Assembly: GCA_004764695.1 (NCBI GenBank)
Contig: SMSO01000037.1
Span: 3,510,747-3,574,746 of the forward strand
Source: Schizochytrium sp. TIO01
Taxonomy: Eukaryota; Protista; Bigyra: Labyrinthulomycetes
Direction: 5' to 3'
Length of the DNA stretch: 64,000 bases
Positions 14,101-22,348 of this stretch are shown piece after piece. The position numbers and the translations under genes are program-made. The notes beneath the pieces were generated by a model. It was not told the DNA's origin and ran no database searches. It saw only the letters and a list, made by a program, of their open reading frames with translations. Each line of letters opens with the position of its first letter. Positions within the stretch are counted from its first letter, which is position 1.

Positions 14101-17100
14101 GACGGACTTCGGCCTGTTGAATATCGTCTTAAACCGGAAAGTTGGCTTGAGTTTGATCCTCTTTTCCATCGTTTGTCTCGCCACGATAAGAGTCAGGCCC
14201 GCGAACATTCTCAAACTTTTCGTCCTAAAGAAGAAGTTGAAAAACCATGCTTTCCTGGCGACTCTAAACCCCGTGGAGAGCAAACCCGAAGAAAACCACT
14301 CCCCCCTGCTCCATGGCACACATTTATTCATCCTGCCTATGGCCAGGTGCGAACCAAGGTCCTCCTGTGTGACGCTACTTTTCTACTACTTCATCGCGCC
14401 ATGGTTCGTGCTGTTCTTGGCAAGGACGTGCAGTGTGGTGTTTTGTTTCTTGCGAACGCAATTCAGCTTCTGTCGCTTCAAGTACATCTGGTCCAAGAGC
14501 TCATTGAGTTCTCTAATGCCGAGGCCACACGTGCGGGCGACGGTAGCGGGGATTTTGATATGCGTTTGCAAGCTAGCGATGGAGCTGTCCACCCGCCTGT
14601 GTCAGCCAGCGTTGGTATTCCCGCTGGAGTCCATTCTGCAAATTCTACTCCAGGATCAGACAATGCCATGGACTCTGATAATGTGTCCCCTTCAGGGGCT
14701 TTCCAAATTGGCACAGAATTGCCATGGGCTCGTTCGTGCCTCAGCAAGGCTCGCGCTAGTATCCCTGCAGAGTTTTACAACGAGGCTTCATTAAGCCTCC
14801 CCCCAAGTGAAAACGGCAGCACACCTCTCCCCTCTCCCACAGCAGCATCTTCAGCGCGTCGCGCCCAACCAGATGTAACTTCTTACATTTGGTTGCCGAA
14901 TGAGTCTGACGAGATCAAGGCTGCCAAAGCAGCTGCATCTATGTTAGCTGCAAACATTTCTCGTAATGCCAGTGGCAACAGCAGCAGTGTCAGTGGCGTT
15001 GATGTCGAAGATGGTGGCGAACAACTTCCACCACCTGATATCGGAGCTTCTTATGCGGCAAAGATCTTGTGCAAAGTTGAAAACTCAAACTTTACTATCC
15101 TTGACTGCCTTCTTAAACTTTGGCATGACGATCTCGCGTTGGATGAGGTTACCCGAGATGGTGTCCGCTGGATTTTGACTCAATTGAATCAATTAGACCA
15201 GACCTGTCACAAACGCATCCGTGCAGAGTTTAAAAGCCGCAAGTCGGAATCCGTGTCCGAAAAAGAAAAGCAATCGCGAAAGCGCAAGGCACAGCGCTTA
15301 GCGCAGCTTGCTCAACGACAGGCTATGTCGGCAATGAAGCAATCCCAGGCGAAAGCTGCGGAGCTTTTCGCTGATGAATTTGCAGGTGGTGGGTCGGATG
15401 CTGGTATTGATGGTGATATTATCGGGGATGATAGGGCAGCTACAGGAGCCCTTTCGCGAGAAAAGAAACATCGGTCTGGCGAGCTTGATCTGGAGGATTT
15501 CGATGATGACGAGGAGGGTTTTGCAGGCGCCGAGGCGACCACGCGCGGGGGAGCCGCTGGAGCCAAACAACGTCAAGCTTGGTTAGGCCCAAATTGTGTT
15601 GCGTGCCACGAACGCAAAAGTTTGGATGAAGAAGCAACGTGCTATATTGGATTTTATCATCGTAATGATGTCCTTGTGACACAACGTGAGGAGACCACTG
15701 CACAAGGTTGGTGCGTTTCTTGGCCTGCCGGCCCACCGAACCGATCAATTTTGCAGTTGTGTGGGCATGCAATTCACGAACACTGCTTGACTAGCTTTCG
15801 CGCAGCTTCTGCTTCAGAATCTGCAAGAAATGGAGCTTTGTGGATAAACTCAAAGAGACACGAATTTCTGTGTCCGCTTTGTAAAACTTTGTCCAATTTT
15901 GTTGTACCTTGTGTCCCTGAAGATATTTTGCATGGTTCTGAGGGTCTAGCTTTGAACCCACCCCCGCCGGTACCTCTTTCTACCGCTGCAAGTTGGTTCA
16001 GCCAATTTGATGATGTGGATGAAGGTGATGTGGACAGCGTTGGCATGGAAGTGCAAGATTCTCTTGCAGATCGTGACCGTGATGAGTCTAGAAGCGACCT
16101 CATCCTTGCTGCCCCAATGTCACCTCGATCAGCGCCTGGCGGAACAACGACACGTCGTCGTGGCTTCAGTACCAACAGCTGGCATGGCGGATCTCCAATT
16201 CGCTCCCGCTCTAACTTGCCAGCTTTTGTTGTTAAGGATCGCCATGGCGCCTTAGACCCACTCATTCCTGCAATCTCTGCGATGTGTGATGCGCTGTCTC
16301 AGAATGAAATTGCTCAAAGCAGCCCAAGATCGCGCCGCATGAGTGAGATATTTGCAGCTCAGATGATTGCCTCAACGCCGACATCTGCTGCCGAGAAAAT
16401 GGCCCTCCTGGACCAACTTGTCGGCCACACTCCTCGCGACGAAAAGATTTTGGAAACCCCGGCTATTCAGAGGTTTACGTCCCTTTGCTTTTCTTTTGCA
16501 CTAACAGTCATATCTGAGCAGCGCGCACGTGCTGAGGGCGGCATAATGCCCCCGGGTCGTATTGAAAAGATGTCATATCTTTTTCGTGCTTGTCGAGCGG
16601 CATTGCTTGCTAACGCAGGAGCTGGATTGCACGCGTTGCAATCAGTTTTGCAAGAGTCAGTTTCGTCCACATCGCGTGAAATGCGTCATCACTGTGTTTT
16701 GAACCAAAGTCCTGAACTGATCCTGGTCCTGTCTTGCCTGTTTGACCCGTCCCCTCAGAGCTGCTGGACTGCTATCCATGCTTTGTATTGCCTCAAGCTG
16801 GCGCAGAGTCTATTGGAAGGTGAAGTTATTGATCGCCCTTCCTCGGAGGATATTCCCAGCCAAATTTCAAGCGCCAAGGGTGCATTGGAGCTTTCTCGTG
16901 TGATGCTAGGCAAGTTTGAACGTATGTCAGAGCTTACCTCTCCTCGTGCCGTGCAAACTAGTAAGTATTTGCAACAATTGAAGAGCGGCGCAAAGGCGGA
17001 TATTGAGCAAGAAAAGATCGATGCACACCTTACGATGCTAGCCACTTCGCATGTCATGGAGTTCTTACAGCTAGCGCAGGTTATGTTGGAGGTTGCCTCA

Positions 17101-17835
17101 GATAATCCAACAAAGGAGCCGCTTGAACTTATGCAATGGCCAAGTTCAGGTGTTGGAGCGGGCGCTTTGACACTCAATGGCGTAGAAATGCCAATGTCCG
17201 CTGAGGTTCTTGAATCGACTGAAATGATGCAACAGATCTCATCCTGGTTAGACCAGGTTCTGGCATGTGCACCCGGTTGGGCACCGCGTCCTCGAATGCA
17301 ACCGCCACCTATATCAAGCGCCTTGCGCCCGCTTTCTGTCCGCAAGCTCATCAATTTGCGTCACTCTTATACAGAGCAATACGTGGAAGTGAAGCAAGCA
17401 TTAGAGGAGCACGACCCGTCTCATGACAGAGCAATCTGTTTGGTTTGTGGCCATATGATGTTGGCTGGAAAGTCAAGCCGCGGTCTTCGCAATCGTCGGC
17501 AAGGTGCACGTGGAGAGTGTACTCGTCACACCGACGAAACTCATGATGGAGTTGGCGTGGTGCTTTTGTTTCGACGCTCAAGCACTGTCTTACTCATTCA
17601 TGGAGCACATGCGGCCTATTGGGGATCCCTGTATGTAGACAAAAATGGGGATGACCAGCAGGTTGTGCCGTCTCTCCCTATGTATCTTGACAAGAACCGT
17701 TTCGAAAAGGTCGAACAGCTATGGGCCGAGAACCGTATACCAGCTCAGGTTGCGTCTCTGCGTAACACTGGTCAGATTGTTAGTGGCTCAAGTCCTGGCT
17801 ATCAACAAGTAGTCATTCGTGCTGATTACTATTAA
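11152..17835 (+). CDS. UBR-box/RING E3 ubiquitin ligase (N-recognin; UBR1/2/3-PRT6 family), 2227 aa, intronless
   Basis: UBR box CSRAFRAGDIVWNCKQCQMDSTCVLCQDCF...HDGH...GGCCDCGDPGAW...FCSKH; winged-helix-like LRREIVHLLA...YRLKPESWLEFDPLFHR; basic KRKAQRLAQ..Q..AMSAM coiled segment; RING CVAC...CGHAIHEHC...EFLCPLCKTLSN; PRT6/UBR C-terminal AICLVCG...GECTRH...WGSLYVDKNG...MYLD. Confidence 0.93.
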   Translation: MARGETLEVGVQQAVENSAAVPSPNATSSSLNSGDNVNINSVGIVGSLSPMAAEQERICRRSRVRHALLDEEPPLAVPELQWWQEPGRGLEALCDSMMESLEEIIYDDIDLENENELSRTMQRACMWFQHVVCAEAIVKNLPVNTGWTESSSFCNSHIRAVTAREPQRVCSRAFRAGDIVWNCKQCQMDSTCVLCQDCFRDSDHDGHDVYFYHVMTDAGGCCDCGDPGAWDPQGFCSKHGEFNVPEPKDWLPASLESAVRILLKRVVNLMAHFASNGRADLILEPKLDALKAGAVFTASPYREELARISECLTFAVAPHAPLRPREPREEMSVPVLINNWFRNVEKEVAKAATSGESPTIEPFVFAAVMRDNVGFCRDFAEQMNDMAFFKMSVRNSVSLACSVAIEVMSSWIRNLCSESDSFSRLTARALTEATPVSTEEEADVANTELQCSLRPLKDLIVYDLSLPGTTSKSLRAVYIRLLVDSLFKKRFAVAFAKMYRSCCATRVNELPVLELTDTDIIFGLSVQFLNRPKHVLELVRDYGFLESIMYSLESTVKHCQQESPSGGNPELDLLSPVLTHRKTKCVVTDLTYVLNAPSMSLRLLAAQPRALSTLFDLFDLLYSLHPQTRVCAPDLPIRDERWIPAFNLSLSVHSLFVDLTRYFTFGLKNTSSSVTKNSANDASSMSLRDVLESLNFRGNIPESSTHEVVSCQIVQDCAELTARILERHAPAAQVIGFTENLLGRLPYIPCNVSKDPVTFHCALQRFFSLVFHQAIASTLQEDGYSALLDRASAGFWLGLLRQPLTAVILSAQSAASMWLRNEDMASQSMNYQALPFVSGFFMDLRVLQAAALELPGTTFVNYLINGYNMARFFSIDRAEDPPAPEEYQGQLAEHLLETICRVVTELPCPTPAALERMGYSNEDILSASDLQLRREIVHLLAIRSSSFSTINDTCTHLRQVGMQTGAHHLKRVLHQVAQTSGYGDGLRPVEYRLKPESWLEFDPLFHRLSRHDKSQAREHSQTFRPKEEVEKPCFPGDSKPRGEQTRRKPLPPAPWHTFIHPAYGQVRTKVLLCDATFLLLHRAMVRAVLGKDVQCGVLFLANAIQLLSLQVHLVQELIEFSNAEATRAGDGSGDFDMRLQASDGAVHPPVSASVGIPAGVHSANSTPGSDNAMDSDNVSPSGAFQIGTELPWARSCLSKARASIPAEFYNEASLSLPPSENGSTPLPSPTAASSARRAQPDVTSYIWLPNESDEIKAAKAAASMLAANISRNASGNSSSVSGVDVEDGGEQLPPPDIGASYAAKILCKVENSNFTILDCLLKLWHDDLALDEVTRDGVRWILTQLNQLDQTCHKRIRAEFKSRKSESVSEKEKQSRKRKAQRLAQLAQRQAMSAMKQSQAKAAELFADEFAGGGSDAGIDGDIIGDDRAATGALSREKKHRSGELDLEDFDDDEEGFAGAEATTRGGAAGAKQRQAWLGPNCVACHERKSLDEEATCYIGFYHRNDVLVTQREETTAQGWCVSWPAGPPNRSILQLCGHAIHEHCLTSFRAASASESARNGALWINSKRHEFLCPLCKTLSNFVVPCVPEDILHGSEGLALNPPPPVPLSTAASWFSQFDDVDEGDVDSVGMEVQDSLADRDRDESRSDLILAAPMSPRSAPGGTTTRRRGFSTNSWHGGSPIRSRSNLPAFVVKDRHGALDPLIPAISAMCDALSQNEIAQSSPRSRRMSEIFAAQMIASTPTSAAEKMALLDQLVGHTPRDEKILETPAIQRFTSLCFSFALTVISEQRARAEGGIMPPGRIEKMSYLFRACRAALLANAGAGLHALQSVLQESVSSTSREMRHHCVLNQSPELILVLSCLFDPSPQSCWTAIHALYCLKLAQSLLEGEVIDRPSSEDIPSQISSAKGALELSRVMLGKFERMSELTSPRAVQTSKYLQQLKSGAKADIEQEKIDAHLTMLATSHVMEFLQLAQVMLEVASDNPTKEPLELMQWPSSGVGAGALTLNGVEMPMSAEVLESTEMMQQISSWLDQVLACAPGWAPRPRMQPPPISSALRPLSVRKLINLRHSYTEQYVEVKQALEEHDPSHDRAICLVCGHMMLAGKSSRGLRNRRQGARGECTRHTDETHDGVGVVLLFRRSSTVLLIHGAHAAYWGSLYVDKNGDDQQVVPSLPMYLDKNRFEKVEQLWAENRIPAQVASLRNTGQIVSGSSPGYQQVVIRADYY

Positions 17836-18283
17836 TTAGAACCTTCAAGCAAGTATTTTGTAAGCAAATTGGTTCAAACTTTGACCCAAGCTTTTTTTAA
17901 AACCTTACTTGAATTCTTTTTTAATTAAATTAGGATATGGATATTTCCTTCCCAATCAAGTCTTGCACAATTGTGCTTTCCTTTGTTTTGAACGTTCGAC
18001 TTCACTCGAAAGCCGTGGGCCCTCTTGTAGTCACTCGAGCATACATAGCTCAAGTAGCAGAACTTAAAATTTGTTCTAACAAAAATTAGTTTAGACTCTT
18101 TCTTAAGAAAATAAAACTAGGAAAACAGAATGCTTTGTATCAAATTGCAAACTCTTTCAAAGATTACTGTGGAATGACAAAATAAAGAAGTGATGGTTTT
18201 AGGTCAAAGAGTCAAAAAGACATGGCATGGTCGTTTTGCAGGCCCGTCACGTTACATTGCAGGAGATGGGGGTACCCTACTAC

Positions 18284-21200
18284 TTAGGTGCTGCTGCCGC
18301 AAAGGTCACCAGAAAGAGTGTACTGATAAGAAATCGTAAAACCTTGGGCAGAAACACAAGAGGTAGCCAAGTTGCAACCATTGTTGGGTTGCTGATCACA
18401 CTGACGGAAACGAATGCGGTTAGTAAAGAGAACAGGGTATTCGCTGTAGGGAACCGTAATTGATCCATCACATGGAAGTTGCAAGGCAGGCACGAAGAAT
18501 ACCTCCACCCAATCGCTAATTGTTTCGTTGTAGTACTCTACGAAGATTCCTTGTTCACACACATCGGTTGATAATCCATAGTCCGGGTCAGAAGCACAAA
18601 CATTTGAGCTGTCACGTGCGCCAGTGCCATACATCTCGATGTACGTTACAATTCCAAAAGTTTCTTCGTAAATATCGTGAGAACATTGGCTTAGCCAGCG
18701 ATTGAGGGTGTATGTTCCGCGGTTGGAGCTAATTGCAGTACAGTACTGTTCTGTCCAACGCTCTCCGACCTTCTCCATATTCTGGCCCTGGCCCCAAATT
18801 TTGTCAATGCATTTCTTTGTAGAGTTGTCGGCCGTGTTAAAGACATTGGCCGTAAGACACCACTCTTCAATTGCGGAAAGAATCGCACTATCAGACATGA
18901 TTGTTGAAGGGCGCACTAGAGCCTTAGCCAAGGTGAGAGCCTTGCCCCACTTTTGCCAAGTACATTGATAAAAGATTCCGTTAGAGCTGGTATCGGTGAC
19001 AGTAGCGTTCTTAAAGTCGATGACATTTGTAGGACAGAATCCAGTTGCGTCACTTTCCGTAGCGCGAATCTCATCTGTATCAATGATGTGATCAATATTC
19101 AGGCGATAGCCAGTGATTCCAGCAGCAGCACTACCTGTAGCGATCATCTTGACACAAGTCACCTCCATGTAAATCGAAGAATCGTACATGAATGACCAAC
19201 GACGTGTGGAGCCACGACTTGTTGGGTTTTGGTCCACAGAGCTATATGTAATGTTGGTGAAGGCGTTGGAAATATCTCCAGTCCAACCGGATCCGGCACT
19301 TCCAAAGCATTCGCTAGGGTCTAGCGTATAATCATCGCCGTTTACAGTGAAAGTTGCAGAGGTGATGACAGCACGTTCACCAAGTACAGCATTGACAGAG
19401 AAGTCACCGTCGGGTGTAGTATATATTTCCATCGTAGCCGGTCCTGAAACAGGGTTGGATTGGCAAGGGGACCCAATAGCGCCGATGTTTGCTTGCGTGG
19501 TTTGATCAATTAACTCAGCACGGGTTTCGTTGTAATAGCATGGGTTGCCGTCCTGATCGAGCTGCGCCTCACATGCATCTTTTTGAATCGGACATACATT
19601 ATCAAGACCAGTGTTCGCACGTCCATCACAAATGATCCAAACACTCACGTTAAAGTAGTTGGTTGTGAATGAAATCATCTCGGGATCACCATATACGTTG
19701 CAATCTGGGCAGCAAGAGGTGATAACATCTTCAGAGTCATCATAGTCAATAATGATCTCAAGAGTAGCGCTATAATTTTGGAGTTGTTCACAGTCCACAA
19801 CCTCCTGAGAATCGCTAGCATCACAGTATGGCCGGGTGGTTTCCTGAGACCGACAGTAGCCCTCGTCGGTCAACTCTGGTAAAACTTCCTCTTCAAATGG
19901 ACAGCACGTTTCGCACGTGCCGAGTTCCATAATCTCTCCTTCGATCGAGCAAACCTGGGGCTCGCGACCAGCAGAATAGGTGCAGTTATAGCAAGTTTCA
20001 CCCACACTACCAATGGGGGCACCAGTAGTAGGTGCCACGGTAGGCCTATTCCCCTCATCAGTTGGGGCTTGTGTGGGATTGGGAGTTGGCAACATGGTCG
20101 GTACATCGGTAGGTGCTCCAGTTGGTGCTCCAGTGGGAGCTCCAGTTGGTGCTCCAGTGGGAGCTCCAGTTGGTGCTTCAGTTGGTGCTCCAGTTGGTGC
20201 TCCAGTGGGAGCTCCAGTGGGAGCTTCAGTCGGTGCTCCAGTGGGAGCTCCAGTGGGTGCTTCAGTTGGTGCTTCAGTCGGTGCTTCAGTGGGAGCTGCA
20301 GTCGGTGCTTCCGTAGGCGCTTCAGTCGGTGCTTCCGTAGGCGCTTCAGTCGGTGCTTCCGTAGGCGCTTCAGTCGGTGCTTCCGTAGGCGCTTCAGTCG
20401 GTGCTTCCGTAGGCGCTTCAGTGGGAGCTGCAGTCGGTGTTTCAGTGGGAGCTGCAGTCGGTGCTTCAGTAGGAGCTGCAGTCGGTGCTTCCGTAGGTGT
20501 TGCAGTTGGCGCTGCAGTCGGTGAGTCGGTCGGTGCTGCAGTCGGCTCAGGAGTTGGGCAAAAGTCCATGTTATATTCAAAGTTTACGACAAAGCCATTT
20601 GTTGGAAGACATTCGTTCGCAGCGACACATTGAGTCTGGACAGATTCACACTGAATCAACCGGATAGGGCGCACCATAAGATCGGGGTAATCAGAACCAC
20701 TGATATTGAGAACCCCATCGCAAGGGGGGTAGGCAGCGGGGATAAAAAATGCGTCTTCGTACTCCTCCGTATCAGGGTTCAGCGACTGCACTTGGGCACC
20801 TACTTCACACTCGTATGATTTGGTAGTGTTGTACTCTGCAGCATCGGCAATGCATTCTGTTGCAACGTTATTGGAGGACACAAGTGAAAACGAAGGGCGG
20901 TCAGTGACATATTGAAACCAAGAGTAATCTTCAATGTCACCAAGGCATCTCATGTATCCAGCCTCATCATAGCTTGTTTTATCCTCGTTCATGTTATCAA
21001 TTTGGCAAACAATATCTGCCCAGTTGTAGCTGGTTTCTGTGCAGTTTTCGTCATCCATAATGCGTGAAACACAGGCATCAACCGTGTCAATAGCTGGGGT
21101 TACTCCTGTAAGATCGTTGAGAGCGCACCATGAGCGGATGTTGTCGGCCAGATTGTCATCGACGCAAGTAGAGTCAATGAGAGCCTTGCAAGCCTCGATG

Positions 21201-22348
21201 CAACCACCAACCTCTTTTCGGAGGCATCGATCATCTTGAATGATTGACAGGGTGCCCGTGCCTCTAGAATCTTCAGTAATTTCACCAGAACTGCAAAATC
21301 CGCTGCTATCTGTAGCATCGTCGTCGTCACCAGGAGTGGGGACCTTGAGGGAAATGTCAAGACGAGAAAGGTAGTCGGAGGTGGCTTGGCACAGGATTGT
21401 AGTGAATACATTAGCATCGTCGTTTTCGATATTCCAGCGAACACGAGTGTCAGACTCTTGGGTTACAGTCCATGTATCAGGGATGCCAGAAGAGCCGGAT
21501 GAGCTCCATGCAGACGCAGAAACATCGGAAAGGCAGTCTGCCGAGGTCAGTGTATAGATTGTTCCATCAGACTGAGTGACGTCCATCGAGATGATGACTC
21601 CACGTTCTCCAAGTGTCAAGTTGAGGATTTGGCCATTACCATCGTACATCACCATGGTAGGGAACATTGTACCTTCCCAGATTGGAGTAGCTTGGCAAGG
21701 GCTTCCGTTTTGCGTGTGGTCGTACCACCAAGGCTGCGGGTCATCAGTATTAGGCTGACGTGTACGCCTGACAAATTCACATGAGTTTCCCCAGGGATCG
21801 AGCTGATTCCCACATCGCACAGGGCCATGGGTACAGTCACTGGCACGCCGGTCATCACAGATAAGCCATTTGTCCCGTGTTCCATCGAATGCTGTACAGC
21901 GAGGATCGCCCCAGCATACGCAGGTAGAGCAGCAAAGTTCGTCAGAGGAGACGTTTTCGTACGTGAAGGCAAAGTCAAGTTTGAGATATGCGTTTTCCGG
22001 CTCGCAGCCCGTAGCATTTGAGTCACAGTATGCGTTGGTAATCTCAACCATCCGACAGCTGTCATCGCTTTGCAGCACACGGGAGGTATCGGGGGAAGCG
22101 AGCTTGTTATCTTTCACGCCCATAAGCATACGGCGCACATCTGTACTTGCCACAAGATTCGGGCAGCAAGATTCCAGTGTCGCAGGTCCAGCAAGTGACG
22201 AAGACTCGCCTAGGGCGGCGGTGGGGTCCAGACACGCAAAATTGCTCAGCTCTAGCTGCTGCGTAGTGCTTGTGCAACCGATGCTTTGAGCCGAAACTTT
22301 AGCCACGAGGACGGCCAGCACAACAACAGCGCTAGTGGGGGCCTTCAT
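18284..22348 (-). CDS. Paralogue A: secreted Cys-rich two-module (VWD-like GDP) protein with long PTxA linker, 1354 aa
   Basis: Signal peptide MKAPTSAVVVLAVLVAKVSA-Q; CVCWGDPRCTAFDG and CNVYGDPEM motifs; ~188-aa PTEA/PTAA/PTGA repeat linker; no TM or GPI tail; clear homology to four other ORFs in the window. Confidence 0.92.
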   Translation of the reverse strand: MKAPTSAVVVLAVLVAKVSAQSIGCTSTTQQLELSNFACLDPTAALGESSSLAGPATLESCCPNLVASTDVRRMLMGVKDNKLASPDTSRVLQSDDSCRMVEITNAYCDSNATGCEPENAYLKLDFAFTYENVSSDELCCSTCVCWGDPRCTAFDGTRDKWLICDDRRASDCTHGPVRCGNQLDPWGNSCEFVRRTRQPNTDDPQPWWYDHTQNGSPCQATPIWEGTMFPTMVMYDGNGQILNLTLGERGVIISMDVTQSDGTIYTLTSADCLSDVSASAWSSSGSSGIPDTWTVTQESDTRVRWNIENDDANVFTTILCQATSDYLSRLDISLKVPTPGDDDDATDSSGFCSSGEITEDSRGTGTLSIIQDDRCLRKEVGGCIEACKALIDSTCVDDNLADNIRSWCALNDLTGVTPAIDTVDACVSRIMDDENCTETSYNWADIVCQIDNMNEDKTSYDEAGYMRCLGDIEDYSWFQYVTDRPSFSLVSSNNVATECIADAAEYNTTKSYECEVGAQVQSLNPDTEEYEDAFFIPAAYPPCDGVLNISGSDYPDLMVRPIRLIQCESVQTQCVAANECLPTNGFVVNFEYNMDFCPTPEPTAAPTDSPTAAPTATPTEAPTAAPTEAPTAAPTETPTAAPTEAPTEAPTEAPTEAPTEAPTEAPTEAPTEAPTEAPTEAPTAAPTEAPTEAPTEAPTGAPTGAPTEAPTGAPTGAPTGAPTEAPTGAPTGAPTGAPTGAPTGAPTDVPTMLPTPNPTQAPTDEGNRPTVAPTTGAPIGSVGETCYNCTYSAGREPQVCSIEGEIMELGTCETCCPFEEEVLPELTDEGYCRSQETTRPYCDASDSQEVVDCEQLQNYSATLEIIIDYDDSEDVITSCCPDCNVYGDPEMISFTTNYFNVSVWIICDGRANTGLDNVCPIQKDACEAQLDQDGNPCYYNETRAELIDQTTQANIGAIGSPCQSNPVSGPATMEIYTTPDGDFSVNAVLGERAVITSATFTVNGDDYTLDPSECFGSAGSGWTGDISNAFTNITYSSVDQNPTSRGSTRRWSFMYDSSIYMEVTCVKMIATGSAAAGITGYRLNIDHIIDTDEIRATESDATGFCPTNVIDFKNATVTDTSSNGIFYQCTWQKWGKALTLAKALVRPSTIMSDSAILSAIEEWCLTANVFNTADNSTKKCIDKIWGQGQNMEKVGERWTEQYCTAISSNRGTYTLNRWLSQCSHDIYEETFGIVTYIEMYGTGARDSSNVCASDPDYGLSTDVCEQGIFVEYYNETISDWVEVFFVPALQLPCDGSITVPYSEYPVLFTNRIRFRQCDQQPNNGCNLATSCVSAQGFTISYQYTLSGDLCGSST
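19994..20557 (-). repeat. Coding 12-bp-unit tandem repeat (PTxA) of paralogue A
   Basis: 12-bp units, with an exact 24-bp dimer gtaggcgcttcagtcggtgcttcc repeated ~4x at ~20312-20420. Confidence 0.95.

Noticed and set aside
19870-20633. VGAP/VGAS elastin-like and LQLV/KHRL repeat ORFs (also 33959..34348)
   Set aside because: Antisense or alternate-frame shadows of the PTxA linker.
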